A DNA stretch of 64,000 nucleotides. It comes from Thermohalobaculum sp. (GTDB lineage Bacteria > Pseudomonadota > Alphaproteobacteria > Rhodobacterales > Rhodobacteraceae). This document shows, piece by piece, positions 1-9,142 of this stretch. The notes beneath the pieces are model-generated. The model was not told the DNA's origin, searched no databases, and was given only the letters and a program-made list of their open reading frames with translations. Made by a program: the position numbers and the translations under genes. Within the stretch, counting starts at the first letter, position 1. Each line of letters begins with the position of its first letter. The stretch lies in NCBI GenBank assembly GCA_965247385.1, contig CBDFHG010000005.1:58764-122763 (forward strand), in the 5' to 3' direction.

Positions 1-340
1 GTTGAGTAGTTACCCGTGCCTTGCGCGGTTTAGCACTTTCGGCAGCACGAAACGGGTTATCAACCATAACACCACAATCAGCGCTCAAACCGGCTTCTTA
101 ACAGCGGACTTTTTAGTTACGGTTTGCTCAGAGTTGTGGCCGGGAAGTCCAAATCTGAACTGCACTCAGCCCCTTGATTTCTTCCCCGCGCTCTCCTGAT
201 TGGGCGGATTGGACGGCGGCTTGGCTGGCGCACCATGGCTGGTGGGCTGGTGGCCGCCCTGCGGGCGTGGTTTATAGCCTTTGGTAAGGAACTTGGGCTG
301 ATAGTCTTTCTGTTCCCGGCTCCGGGGATGGGTGGGTTTG

Positions 341-648
341 TCATCCATGCTCATTGGCATTCTCCTGAGGATTGTAGGGCCAAAATTCTACTGTCCTGAT
401 CTCGCCAGCGGCGATGAGAAGGCCGTTCTCTCCGCGCCGGGACCAGTTGTTGTTGTCATCAATATCGTAAATCCATTGGATGTAGATATCGCGTTCGGCA
501 GGATCGGAGGACATGAAGGAGTCGTTTCCACAGAAGCCAGCAAAGCGCGTTCCGTCCTTCAGGATGACGATAACCCACTGATCGGTCGTGTGGCCGAATT
601 TCCAGTCCCAGGCCGTTGGTATGACGTGTACGAGATTGAGGCCGCACC
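341..648 (-). pseudogene. 5'-truncated CDS remnant of unknown function, cut by an IS1380-family end
   Basis: The minus frame reads ...LNLVHVIPTAWDWKFGHTTDQWVIVILKDGTRFAGFCGNDSFMSSDPAERDIYIQWIYDIDDNNNW...EIRTVEFWPYNPQENANEHG with a stop at 341-343. It has no start codon because the frame runs straight into the IS fragment beginning at 649. Confidence 0.4.
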
Positions 649-805
649 GCTGCTGCCCGGCTCGCTTTCGTACTCGAAAGGAAGAACGCCCTGTGCCATG
701 TTATTTTCACCCCGTTGGTGATCGAGTTAATCGCAAAATCCATCATAAATCCCTTTAGATTCAAAGACAACGGGGAATTTTAACTTTTTTGATCCAGAAT
801 CAGGG
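649..805 (-). mobile_element. Truncated copy (terminal ~157 bp, transposase-start end) of the IS1380-family element
   Basis: Positions 649-805 align base-for-base, with a few mismatches, to 2500-2656 and 19930-20086. Those are the transposase 5' end plus the terminal ...gatccagaatcaggg. Confidence 0.8.
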
Positions 806-809
806 ACCC

Positions 810-2656
810 CCAGGATTCCCGAACTAAATCCCTGACGCGCCTCGGCAGGGGCGGCGATGGGTGCCGTTGTGGGGTTTTTGCCCCGCGCCCGGGCACCACT
901 CCCGCGGATTTCGCGCTCGAGGAGATATTCTCAAGGTGGCCACGCGTTTTGCGGGTCCCGCGCCTGTCCGTTGGCCAAGCGAAGCCCTGGCCGGGAGCCG
1001 GCATCGCACTTCAGCAAGGATATCGTGGCAGGCTGGAGCCGTCAGGTCGGGCCGCGCGCCAGGGCCAGGATCTTCCGCCTGGCGCTCAGCACCAGATCGA
1101 GCCCCGCTTCGCTCCCCAAACGGATGATCAGCCGCCGCGCATGACGGATCACCCGGCCAGGCAGGGCGATCAGAGCCAGGCGCAAGGCCTTCATCCGCCG
1201 TGCCACCCAGGCCGGTCCCAGAACCAGTTGCTTCATCACCGCGTTCAAATCATGCGCCAGCACCATGATCGCCCACCAGGCCGCATTGGCTCCGAACAGA
1301 CCCGAGGGCAGGGTGCCGCCAGCCAGGTCGTGCTTCATCACCGCGTGGACTTCCTCGCTCTTGCCACAGCGCTCCCGGGACCACCAGATCACCGCATCGC
1401 CCGGCAGATCACGGTTGGTGACCAGGGCGAACAGCTTGCTGCGCCCCCTCAAAGCAAACGCCGCGGTCGGGAACGGCAACTGATCCCCATCGCCAGGCTC
1501 CAACTGTTCCAACGGTTCCCGGATCGCCAGGAAGCGGTAATCCGCCCGCGTCTTGCTCTCGCCCGCCCAACTCGGTACATGGCAGACCTCCGCCCACTCC
1601 TGGCCGGTCTCCTGACGTTGCCCGTCGAAAACACGATCCAGCGGCCGCCACTCGGCCTCCGGCACGGCCAGGGCGGCACGCCGGAACGCCGCCGTCACGT
1701 TGGCGCCGACGGCGAACTCGATCACCCCGAAAACCTTGTCCCGGCCCTCGCCACAATAGAGCAGTAGATCCTTCTGATAACCCGCCGTGTCCGAGCGCAG
1801 ACAGACCTTGTCCACGCCCCCAGGCAGCGCCGCCAGCGAGGCCTGCAACACCTGCAACTGCCGATAGCCAGCCGGCACATTGCCGTCGCGGAACTCGGAA
1901 TGCACGATCACCTGCTGTTCCGCCCACCAGGTGTTCAACGGCTGACAGGCCTTGAACTTCTTGTAGCAGTATTCCGCCTGGCGCTTGTGGCTCTGCACCA
2001 GCGTCGCGTCCATGTCCAGCGTCGCCGAGCCCTGCCTGCGATGGTGCTGCAGAAATGACACCAGCGCCTGATTGACACGCCGCAGACCAGGCAGACCCGC
2101 CGACGGCCGCGGGATGAAGGCACGCCCGACCTCCCGCAGATCTTCCTGGCCTGCGTCGTGGAAGCGTTCCAACCAGCCCGACAGAGCCGACGGCGAAGGC
2201 ACGCTGCGCCCGCGGCCGCGCCGAAACCGGATCTTCAGTTGCCGACGTTCCCGGCGCACCAACAGCCGCCGCTCAACCGCATCCATGGTCGCGGCAAAGC
2301 CGGCGTCCGCCTCCAGGCGTTCCAGATCCTCGATCCGATCACCCCCGCACAGATTGAGTGCGATCACCGCGATGATCATCTGCACATCCAGCCAGCCCTG
2401 CCGCCCCGCCACCCGCACCTCGCGCCGCACCGCAGCCGCCAGTCCCGATGCCTCAATCAAATCAAGGTAAACACCAATTCCGGCAAAACCCGTCAGATCG
2501 CTGCTGCCCGGCGCGCTTTCGTACTGGAAAGGAAGAACGCCCTGTGCCATGTTATTTTCACCCCGTTGGTGATTGAGTTATTCATAAAACCCATCATGAA
2601 TCCCTTTAGATTCAAAGCCAACGGGGAATTTCAACTTTTTTGATCCAGAATCAGGG
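810..2656 (-). mobile_element. IS1380-family insertion sequence, copy 1 (1847 bp) with ACCC target duplication
   Basis: The ends are CCAGGATTCCCGAAC (810) and GATCCAGAATCAGGG (2656), forming an imperfect 15-bp inverted repeat. ACCC flanks both sides (806-809 and 2657-2660). The length and ends are the same as copy 2 at 18240-20086. Confidence 0.85.
1042..2550 (-). CDS. IS1380-family DDE transposase (502 aa)
   Basis: The layout resembles ISEcp1-type transposases: N-terminal GFAGIGVYLDLIE, DMDATLVQSHKRQAEYCYKK...RSDTAGY, and FALVTNRDL...ERCGKSEEVHAVMKHDL...AWWAIMVLAHDLN. Confidence 0.9.
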   Translation of the reverse strand: MAQGVLPFQYESAPGSSDLTGFAGIGVYLDLIEASGLAAAVRREVRVAGRQGWLDVQMIIAVIALNLCGGDRIEDLERLEADAGFAATMDAVERRLLVRRERRQLKIRFRRGRGRSVPSPSALSGWLERFHDAGQEDLREVGRAFIPRPSAGLPGLRRVNQALVSFLQHHRRQGSATLDMDATLVQSHKRQAEYCYKKFKACQPLNTWWAEQQVIVHSEFRDGNVPAGYRQLQVLQASLAALPGGVDKVCLRSDTAGYQKDLLLYCGEGRDKVFGVIEFAVGANVTAAFRRAALAVPEAEWRPLDRVFDGQRQETGQEWAEVCHVPSWAGESKTRADYRFLAIREPLEQLEPGDGDQLPFPTAAFALRGRSKLFALVTNRDLPGDAVIWWSRERCGKSEEVHAVMKHDLAGGTLPSGLFGANAAWWAIMVLAHDLNAVMKQLVLGPAWVARRMKALRLALIALPGRVIRHARRLIIRLGSEAGLDLVLSARRKILALARGPT

Positions 2657-2880
2657 ACCCGCATTTCCCATTAGCTTCGCAGCGATTTTTGGTTCTTGCA
2701 GTAAGCGACGAAGGCCGCGCCTACATTTTTGGGCGGATTGCCCTTGGCGGTTTCTGCCTTGGTGAACGCCAGCCAGTTGGCAGGCCAAGACTGGACGGGA
2801 TGATTTCAAGCCTATTTTTTTTTACCACTCCCGTAAACCAGATGGCGCATGTCCGATTATATGATCTTACCCATTGCCTA

Positions 2881-3204
2881 CTAAGGGCACTCCTTATTGC
2901 TCTGCAACGCCTCAAGCTCACCGAGCCTTTCCATTCCCGACAATTCTGCCGCGTCGCCCTCCATCACGTTGCCGATTCCGAAGTCTCCCAAGAATCCGAG
3001 AATATGTGCACCACTAGTGTCGAGCCGCTGCTGTTGAATATCGGCGATGAAAAAAGTGGTCTTTTCGATTTCGAGTACGATTTGCTCACAGGTGAGCGAA
3101 CTGCGCTCACCCGGTGAAACAGAGGTTGCGCGGCCATACCGCTGAGTTGCGCATGCAGTCAGCGAGAGCATGAGGAGGCTGGCAAACCAGCGATCATTGT
3201 CCAT
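2881..3204 (-). CDS. Small lipoprotein of unknown function (107 aa)
   Basis: The N-terminus MDNDRWFASLLMLSLTAC carries a lipobox (LTAC). It lies in a visibly AT-richer segment. No family was recognised. Confidence 0.5.
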   Translation of the reverse strand: MDNDRWFASLLMLSLTACATQRYGRATSVSPGERSSLTCEQIVLEIEKTTFFIADIQQQRLDTSGAHILGFLGDFGIGNVMEGDAAELSGMERLGELEALQSNKECP

Positions 3205-3589
3205 TTAATGGATCTTTCATGTATTTTCATTTCGGATATTCTCCCCTGTGATCAAACTTGAAATCCCGACCGGGTGGCCAGGGCTGAGCTTGGAGCTATG
3301 CATAAGATATGCCCCGCCTATTTCCTGGCAGGTAGCTACTCCTGCATGGATAGAAAGGTATTTTATTCGGTGGGCAGCCCGACAGAGCGGGATGCACTGT
3401 GATCAGGGGGAATATTGGGAAATATCCTATCAAGTCAATTATGGATTTCGAACCGACCATTGCCCGCCCCAATTACTAGGACCTTAAACTGGGTAATTCC
3501 GTATTATTATATTCGCGCAACGATGCTTGATTGAATGACACGCTTGGAATCCACGTATTATCTCAAATTATGCCTCAGAGACGGGCTGC

Positions 3590-3686
3590 CCGAGCTACCC
3601 GCTGCTGACCCTGCTGCGCAGTCTTCTGCTGGGTATCTGGTATAAACTGTCGGACCAACAACTTGCTTCCAGTCTGGCGCGGTGAA
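3590..3686 (+). pseudogene. IS5-family transposase N-terminal scrap
   Basis: It translates to SYPLLTLLRSLLLGIWYKLSDQQLASSLAR followed by a stop. This is the conserved InsH-type N-terminal motif (..LL..L.LQ.WY.LSD..L...L). Confidence 0.5.
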
Positions 3687-3747
3687 CCGCCCCGGGTTTG
3701 CCGGAGGCTGTTTAGTTTGAGTCACGCCACCAAGGCGGGCTCCCTAA

Positions 3748-4731
3748 ATTCACAAACCAAGTGCAACACTGGTATGCTCCGGAGTTGCGATGGGCAAGCA
3801 CTATGACCAGTTCGATCTTGATGATCGTATCGATTGGCCGCATGATGGGCCGATCGACTTCGACAATCGGCCGCGAGTTGTGGCGAAACAGCCTGCCAAA
3901 GGCCGGTTACAAGCCGGCCTCTGCGGATCGCATCGCGCCTTTGCGCGACGAAGACGGCTCTCACGGATCGAGCGCCTGAGCCCGCTGGGGATCATGTCCG
4001 CGACCACCTTGCGATGGGCTGGTCGCCAGAGCAGATCGCCGGCAGGCTCAGACTGGAAGGATCCGGGCACAGAGTGAGCCACGGTGAGATCTATCGCTTC
4101 ATCTACCGCTGGGCCGGTGCGCCGTGAGAAGCTGTATCGCTACCTGCCTCGGGCCAAGGCGACCAGGGGCCGGCGCTGTTTCAAACGCCGGCGCGGCCCG
4201 ATCCCGCGCCGCCGCTCCATTCATGAACGCGGACAAGCCATTGATACCCGAGATCAATTCGGCCATTGGGATGGCGACCTCATGCGGTTCCGCACCCAGC
4301 GAGGCAATCTTCTGACCGCCGTCGAGCGCAAGACCGGCCTGACCCTCGCCACCGGCTTGCCGCGCAAGACCGCCGAGGCCACCGCCGCCAGCCTCACCGG
4401 CCTCCTCGAAGGCCTGCCGGGGGCCGCCAGGCGCTCCATCACCTGCGACAACGGCTTGGAGTTCGCCGAGCACAAGAAGCTGGAATGTGATCCTGGAATC
4501 CCGACCTTCTTCTGCGACCCGCACTCGCCTTGGCAGCGCGGCTCGATCGAGAACGCCAACGGCATTCTCAGGCGCGACCTGCCACGCAAGACAGAACTCG
4601 CCGACGACACCGAGCAGGACATCCAGGATATCGTCTGGGCCAACAACACAACACCCCGAAAACGCCTCGGTTTCTTAACCCCCGCCGAGGCCTTCCTGCA
4701 TCAACTCAGGTGTTGCACTTGAAATGTGAAT
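3748..4731 (+). mobile_element. Decayed IS30-family element
   Basis: The terminal inverted repeats are ATTCACAAACCAAGTGCAACAC (3748-3769) and GTGTTGCACTTGAAATGTGAAT (4710-4731). The interior encodes an IS30-type transposase broken over three frames. Confidence 0.8.
3790..4722 (+). pseudogene. IS30-family transposase, multiple frameshifts
   Basis: The pieces are GRSTSTIGRELWRNS (HTH, frame 2), MGWSPEQIAGRL...VSHGEIYRFIY (frame 3) and GHWDGDLM...DNGLEFAEH...HSPWQRGSIENANGILRR (DDE domain, frame 1). At least four frame changes are needed to join them. Confidence 0.8.
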
Positions 4732-4736
4732 CCAGC

Positions 4737-4812
4737 TAGAGCGATTTCTAGCAAAGTGAGTTCACTTTGTGACTCGGAAATCGCGGCAATTCGATGAGAT
4801 AGAGCATGATCC
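4737..4812 (+). repeat. Structured intergenic repeat (MITE/REP-like), copy A
   Basis: This ~76-bp stretch, tagagcgatttctagcaaagtgagttcactttgtgactcggaaatcgcggcaattcgatgagatagagcatgatcc, recurs in inverse orientation at 36318-36397 with a few mismatches. It contains nested inverted repeats gcgatttc/gaaatcgc and caaagtga/tcactttg. Confidence 0.7.
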
Positions 4813-4814
4813 CG

Positions 4815-5243
4815 CTAATCGCGCACCACCAGCACCGACTGCTTGGCATGGCGCACCACTCGGGAAGCATTCGGCCCCAGCAGGTAGTCGTGAAGCTCCG
4901 GCCGATGTGCTGCCAGCACGATCGCATCGCACTCCAGCTTGTCGGCCAAGCGCATGATTTCGTCATAGATCGAGCCATGGGCCAGATGCACCTCGCTCGC
5001 CACCTCCTCGGGAACGTGGCTAGACACCCAGGACTTGAGCTGGCCGGACATATCCATCAGCGCAGCGCCCTCGAAGTCCTTGTCGAAGTAGGAGCCGACG
5101 ATCGACATGCCAAAATCCGGAAGCACCGACATCACATGCAGCACGCCGCCACCGCTGCGCGCCAATTCGACCGCCACCGCCAGTGGCCGCTTCCAACTCG
5201 GCTCGGACGCTAGATCGATAGGCAAGAGAATTGATTTGAACAT
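4815..5243 (-). CDS. Universal stress protein (UspA family), 142 aa
   Basis: MFKSILLPIDLA...VLHVMSV...DAIVLAAHRPELHDYLLGPNASRVVRHAKQSVLVV is a typical Usp fold signature. The start was chosen at the ATG at 5243, which has GGGAGGGA upstream. Confidence 0.85.
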   Translation of the reverse strand: MFKSILLPIDLASEPSWKRPLAVAVELARSGGGVLHVMSVLPDFGMSIVGSYFDKDFEGAALMDMSGQLKSWVSSHVPEEVASEVHLAHGSIYDEIMRLADKLECDAIVLAAHRPELHDYLLGPNASRVVRHAKQSVLVVRD

Positions 5244-5254
5244 GGTTCCCTCCC

Positions 5255-7891
5255 TCAGAATGCCGGTTGCGTTGCACGGCGGCGCTGCACCAGGATAAGC
5301 AACACCAAAAGCAGGAGCGCGGGCAGGAAGAACCACTCCTTCCGCATCCGGTCAGCCGCAACCTCGGCCCGCACAATCAGCACCGGCTCGTCGCCGTAGA
5401 AGTCGTACTGCTTGCTGAGCTTCTCGAAATAGGGCGAGCCGAAAGCCGGATCCTCGACCTTGAGAATTCCGTCTTCGGAAATGGTCGCCAACCCGCTCTC
5501 GCCAAGTCTGGCGGCACCGTCATCCCCTGCTGGCAAGACCGGAACGAAGGTCGAACTGGTGATCTTCCCACTGTCGAAATCGGGGCCGGACACCACGATC
5601 CGTATCTTGCTGCCCTCCGGCAGCTTACTGGCCTGCTCGATCACGGCAGCGCCCGCGAAAAGGTTATAGGGTGCCTGGATCTGGTCGAGCCAGTAGCCGG
5701 GGCGGAACAGGGTAAAGGCCACCAGCAGCAGAACCGGCACCTCCCAGATCTTGTTGCGGGCAAAGAAATAACCCTGGGTCGCGGCGGCGAAGCACATCAT
5801 CGCCACAACCGCGATCACGAAGACCATGATCCCCTGCGCCCACCCCACATCGATCAGCAGCAAATCGGTGTTGAAGATAAACAGGAATGGCAGCAGGGCG
5901 GTGCGGATATCATACATGAAGCCCTGGATGCCGGTCTTGATCGGATCGCCACGGCTGATCGCCGCCGCCGCAAACGCGGCGAGGCCCACGGGTGGCGTGT
6001 CGTCGGCGAGGATGCCGAAGTAGAACACGAACATATGCGCCGCGATCAACGGCACCACCAGGCCCGACTGGGCCCCCACAATCACGATCACCGGCGCCAT
6101 CAGCGACGAGACCACGATGTAGTTCGCAGTGGTCGGCAGGCCCATGCCCAGCAGCAGACTCATCATCGCCACCAGAATCAGCATCAGTATCAGGCTGCCG
6201 CCGGAGAGGAATTCGACCAGTTCGCCCACCATCTGGTGCGCGCCGGTCAGCGAGACGGTACCGACCACGATACCGGCAGCCCCGGTGGCGACGCCGATGC
6301 CGATCATATTGCGCGAGCCCGAGATCATCCCATCGACCCACTCGCTGATGCCGCGCCGGATGGCACCGCTCAGGGCCGCGCCGTCACCGCGCATGATCGC
6401 CTTGATCGGGTGCTGGGTCAGCGCGACGATAATCATCGAGATCGTGGCCCAGAATGCCGACAGCGCCGGCGACAGCCGCTCGACGACAATGCACCAGATC
6501 AGGATCACGATCGGCAGGATGAAATAATAGCCGGTGCGGGCAACGTCCCCGGCAACCGGCAGTTCGGTGATCGGCGCATTCGGGTCGTCGATCTCCAGAT
6601 CCGGGCGCTTCGAGGCGATCCACAGCAGGAACAGATATCCCACCGTTACACCGATGCTGACGATCAGGAAGGCCTGCTCAGGCGCCACCACCTTGATCCA
6701 GCCGATCCCGAATTTCACCGCCGTCGCCAGCGCTACGATGGCGAGGAAGCCGGTCAGGAAGCCGATCAGTTTGTTCGCCAGCGTCAGCGTGGAGGGGGGC
6801 TTCGGCAGGCCTTTCAGGCCCATCTTCAACGCTTCGAGATGGACGATGTAAACTAGCGCGATATAGCTGACCAGCGCGGGAAGCAGGGCGATCTTGATAA
6901 TTTCGGTATAAGGCACGCCGGTGAATTCGGCGATCAGGAACGCCGCCGCGCCCATCACCGGCGGAGTGAGCTGGCCGTTGGTCGATGAGGCGACCTCGAT
7001 CGCGCCCGCTTTTTCCGACGAGAACCCCGTGCGCTTCATCAGCGGGATGGTGAAGGTGCCGGTAGTGACCACGTTGGCGATCGAGGAGCCGGAGTAGAGC
7101 CCGCTCATCGCCGAGGCGACCACCGCTGCTTTCGCCGGGCCGCCGCGCAGATGGCCCAGACAGGCGAAAGCGATCTTGATGAAATAGTTGCCCGCACCCG
7201 CCTTCTCCAGGATGGCGCCGAACAGCACAAAGAGGAAGATCAGCGAGGCCGAGACGCTGAGCGCGACGCCGAACACGCCCTCGCCCTGCATCCAGAAATG
7301 CCAGGTCGCCTTATTGAATGAGGCGCCCTTCCACTGCATCACCTCGGGCAGCCAGCGTGCGTCGCCGAAGAAAACGTAGCAGACAAAGACCGTCGCCACG
7401 AGCATCAAGGGCAGGCCGAGCGCGCGGTAGACGGCGCTTGCCAGGATCAACATGCCAATCGAGGAAACCAACAGATCGTCCGTGGTCGGCAGACCAGCGC
7501 GCAGCGCGATGGACTCGCGAAATACCACCGCGTGCAGAGAAACCACGATGCTCAGCGCGATGATTACCCAATCATACCAGGGGATCCGGTCACGCGGGCT
7601 GGTCTTGAACAGCGGGAATGCCATGGCCGCCAGCACCAGCGCGAAGGCGAAATGGATCCGCCGTGCGTCGGAGTTGGTGACAATCATCCATTTCAGTCCG
7701 GTGTTCTCGGCCATCCAGAACGGAAGGTTCGAGGCGATGTAAAGCTGGAACACCGCCCAGATGAAGGCGATACAAAGGATCACCTTCCCCAGCACACCCG
7801 CCGGACTGCGCGCTCCGGTGTCGGCCTGGGCAACCAGATCAGACGCAGTGGTGTCGGCAATCGGGTCGGTTCTCGGTTCTTCCGTCGACAT
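5255..7891 (-). CDS. TRAP transporter fused (4TM/12TM) permease, TAXI type, with a C-terminal extension
   Basis: This long polytopic protein has the typical fused DctQM-like sequence (GAGNYFIKIAF..., SSIANVVTTGTFTIPLMKR, GMGLPTTANYIV). It lies next to a TAXI binding protein. Its ~170-aa C-terminal soluble domain plus final TM helix is, I believe, DUF3394-like. The start at 7891 (MSTEEPRT) has a GGGAGGGGAGAG RBS. Confidence 0.9.
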   Translation of the reverse strand: MSTEEPRTDPIADTTASDLVAQADTGARSPAGVLGKVILCIAFIWAVFQLYIASNLPFWMAENTGLKWMIVTNSDARRIHFAFALVLAAMAFPLFKTSPRDRIPWYDWVIIALSIVVSLHAVVFRESIALRAGLPTTDDLLVSSIGMLILASAVYRALGLPLMLVATVFVCYVFFGDARWLPEVMQWKGASFNKATWHFWMQGEGVFGVALSVSASLIFLFVLFGAILEKAGAGNYFIKIAFACLGHLRGGPAKAAVVASAMSGLYSGSSIANVVTTGTFTIPLMKRTGFSSEKAGAIEVASSTNGQLTPPVMGAAAFLIAEFTGVPYTEIIKIALLPALVSYIALVYIVHLEALKMGLKGLPKPPSTLTLANKLIGFLTGFLAIVALATAVKFGIGWIKVVAPEQAFLIVSIGVTVGYLFLLWIASKRPDLEIDDPNAPITELPVAGDVARTGYYFILPIVILIWCIVVERLSPALSAFWATISMIIVALTQHPIKAIMRGDGAALSGAIRRGISEWVDGMISGSRNMIGIGVATGAAGIVVGTVSLTGAHQMVGELVEFLSGGSLILMLILVAMMSLLLGMGLPTTANYIVVSSLMAPVIVIVGAQSGLVVPLIAAHMFVFYFGILADDTPPVGLAAFAAAAISRGDPIKTGIQGFMYDIRTALLPFLFIFNTDLLLIDVGWAQGIMVFVIAVVAMMCFAAATQGYFFARNKIWEVPVLLLVAFTLFRPGYWLDQIQAPYNLFAGAAVIEQASKLPEGSKIRIVVSGPDFDSGKITSSTFVPVLPAGDDGAARLGESGLATISEDGILKVEDPAFGSPYFEKLSKQYDFYGDEPVLIVRAEVAADRMRKEWFFLPALLLLVLLILVQRRRATQPAF

Positions 7892-7979
7892 CGTTCTCTC
7901 CCCTCCCGCTACTCCTCGCGGCGTATTGAAAAACACTTCCACATATTTCCGGCCCGGGCGAACAATTTCCGCCCTGACC

Positions 7980-9011
7980 TTACCATCCGCAATCCTCGGC
8001 CAATGCATTGCCATAGGCAAATATTGCGGGCGTGCCCCCGGTATGCAGGAAAATCAGCGTCTCGGCCGCGCTGCCAAAGCGAGCTCGGTCAAGGAACCCC
8101 GCCATCGCCTTGCCGGAATAGACCGGGTCCAGCATCAGCGCCTCGCGCGATGCGCCCATCAGGATGGCGTCGCGGGTCGCGGTGTTGAGTTGGCCGTATC
8201 CGGGGGCGAGAAATGCGTCCGTGACCTGTATATCCGCCTCGGTGACCGGCGATGGCACGCCGAGGAGGGCTGCAATCTCGTTGCAGCGGGCCTCCAGGCG
8301 CGGCAACTGCACTACTGCCATCCGGCGCACGCAGACGCCCAGCACCGGCGCCTTGATCCCACATGCACGCAGCCCGAACAGGAACCCCGCATGGGTCGCG
8401 CCGCTGCCCGAGGGAACGACGATGGCGCTCGGTTCGATCTCCATCTCCGCAAGTTGACCGGCAATTTCGCGTGCTGCAACCACGTAGCCCAGCGCGCCAA
8501 GAGGCGGATGCCCCGGCGCCAGGTGGATTACATATGGAGTGCGCCCCTGCGCGCGCAGCTCGGCGGAGATTTCCTCCAGCCGGGCATCGGCCCCGGCCTC
8601 GTCCTCGCCATGTTCGTAGGAATGCAGGGTCGCGCCCAGCATGCGCGCGACCAGTACGTTGCCGGACGTGCGGTAGAGTGGGTCGGTGTCCGGAACCCGA
8701 TCCTCCATCTGGATGTGGCAATCCATGCCCAGCCGGGCGGCGAAGGCAGCGCAGGTACGGCAGTAATTCGATTGCACCGCACCGGTGATCAGAACCGTGT
8801 CGGCACCCTGCTGGCGGGCTTCGCCGAAGTAGAATTCAAGCTGGCGCACCTTGTTGCCACCGAAAGCAATGGGCTGGGTGTCGTCACGTTTTACGTAGAG
8901 CTTCGGTCCAGCGATCTCGCGCTCGATATTCGGCAACCGCTCCAGCGGGGTCAGGTCGGATGCGAGGTTTATCCGGGGTAACGCGTCGAGGCTGTCAAAA
9001 ACGTCAGCCAT
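7980..9011 (-). CDS. PLP-dependent enzyme of the ACC deaminase / D-cysteine desulfhydrase family (343 aa)
   Basis: TPLERLPNIERE...LYVKRDD...FGGNKVRQLEFYF...SGSGATHAGF...LHTGGTPA is the fold-type II PLP signature of this family. The start was chosen at MADVFD (9011). Confidence 0.85.
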   Translation of the reverse strand: MADVFDSLDALPRINLASDLTPLERLPNIEREIAGPKLYVKRDDTQPIAFGGNKVRQLEFYFGEARQQGADTVLITGAVQSNYCRTCAAFAARLGMDCHIQMEDRVPDTDPLYRTSGNVLVARMLGATLHSYEHGEDEAGADARLEEISAELRAQGRTPYVIHLAPGHPPLGALGYVVAAREIAGQLAEMEIEPSAIVVPSGSGATHAGFLFGLRACGIKAPVLGVCVRRMAVVQLPRLEARCNEIAALLGVPSPVTEADIQVTDAFLAPGYGQLNTATRDAILMGASREALMLDPVYSGKAMAGFLDRARFGSAAETLIFLHTGGTPAIFAYGNALAEDCGW

Positions 9012-9142
9012 GACATTTCTCCCCTGCTGGCGCACCATGGAACGAGATCGTCACAACCGGGCCGGTCGGGAACTGGATTTTATTGAAAATCATTCGATGG
9101 GGCTCCGGACGGGGCGACATGTGCCCCGCCCGAAAGGCCGGA

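Noticed and set aside
166-360. 64-aa minus-strand ORF (MDDKPTHPRSREQKDYQPKF...) whose ATG overlaps the stop of the truncated upstream gene
   Set aside because: The sequence is low-complexity and Pro/Lys/Gln-rich with no family resemblance. Coupling to a pseudogene is insufficient evidence.
3248-3487. 79-aa GTG-start ORF
   Set aside because: It has no recognisable motif or RBS and lies in a decayed segment, so I cannot support it as a gene.
5267-6856. 529-aa plus-strand ORF
   Set aside because: It is antisense to the TRAP permease. The composition is Arg/His/Asp/Gln-rich with no motifs, so it is a shadow ORF.
7892-8020. N-terminal extensions of track ORFs (e.g. TRAP permease to 8020, PLP enzyme to 9038, rhomboid to 30794, aroA to 56940, tmm to 63432, usp to 5336 and 31795)
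   Set aside because: The extensions overlap neighbouring genes or lack similarity. Internal ATG/GTG codons preceded by SD-like sequences give family-typical N-termini.
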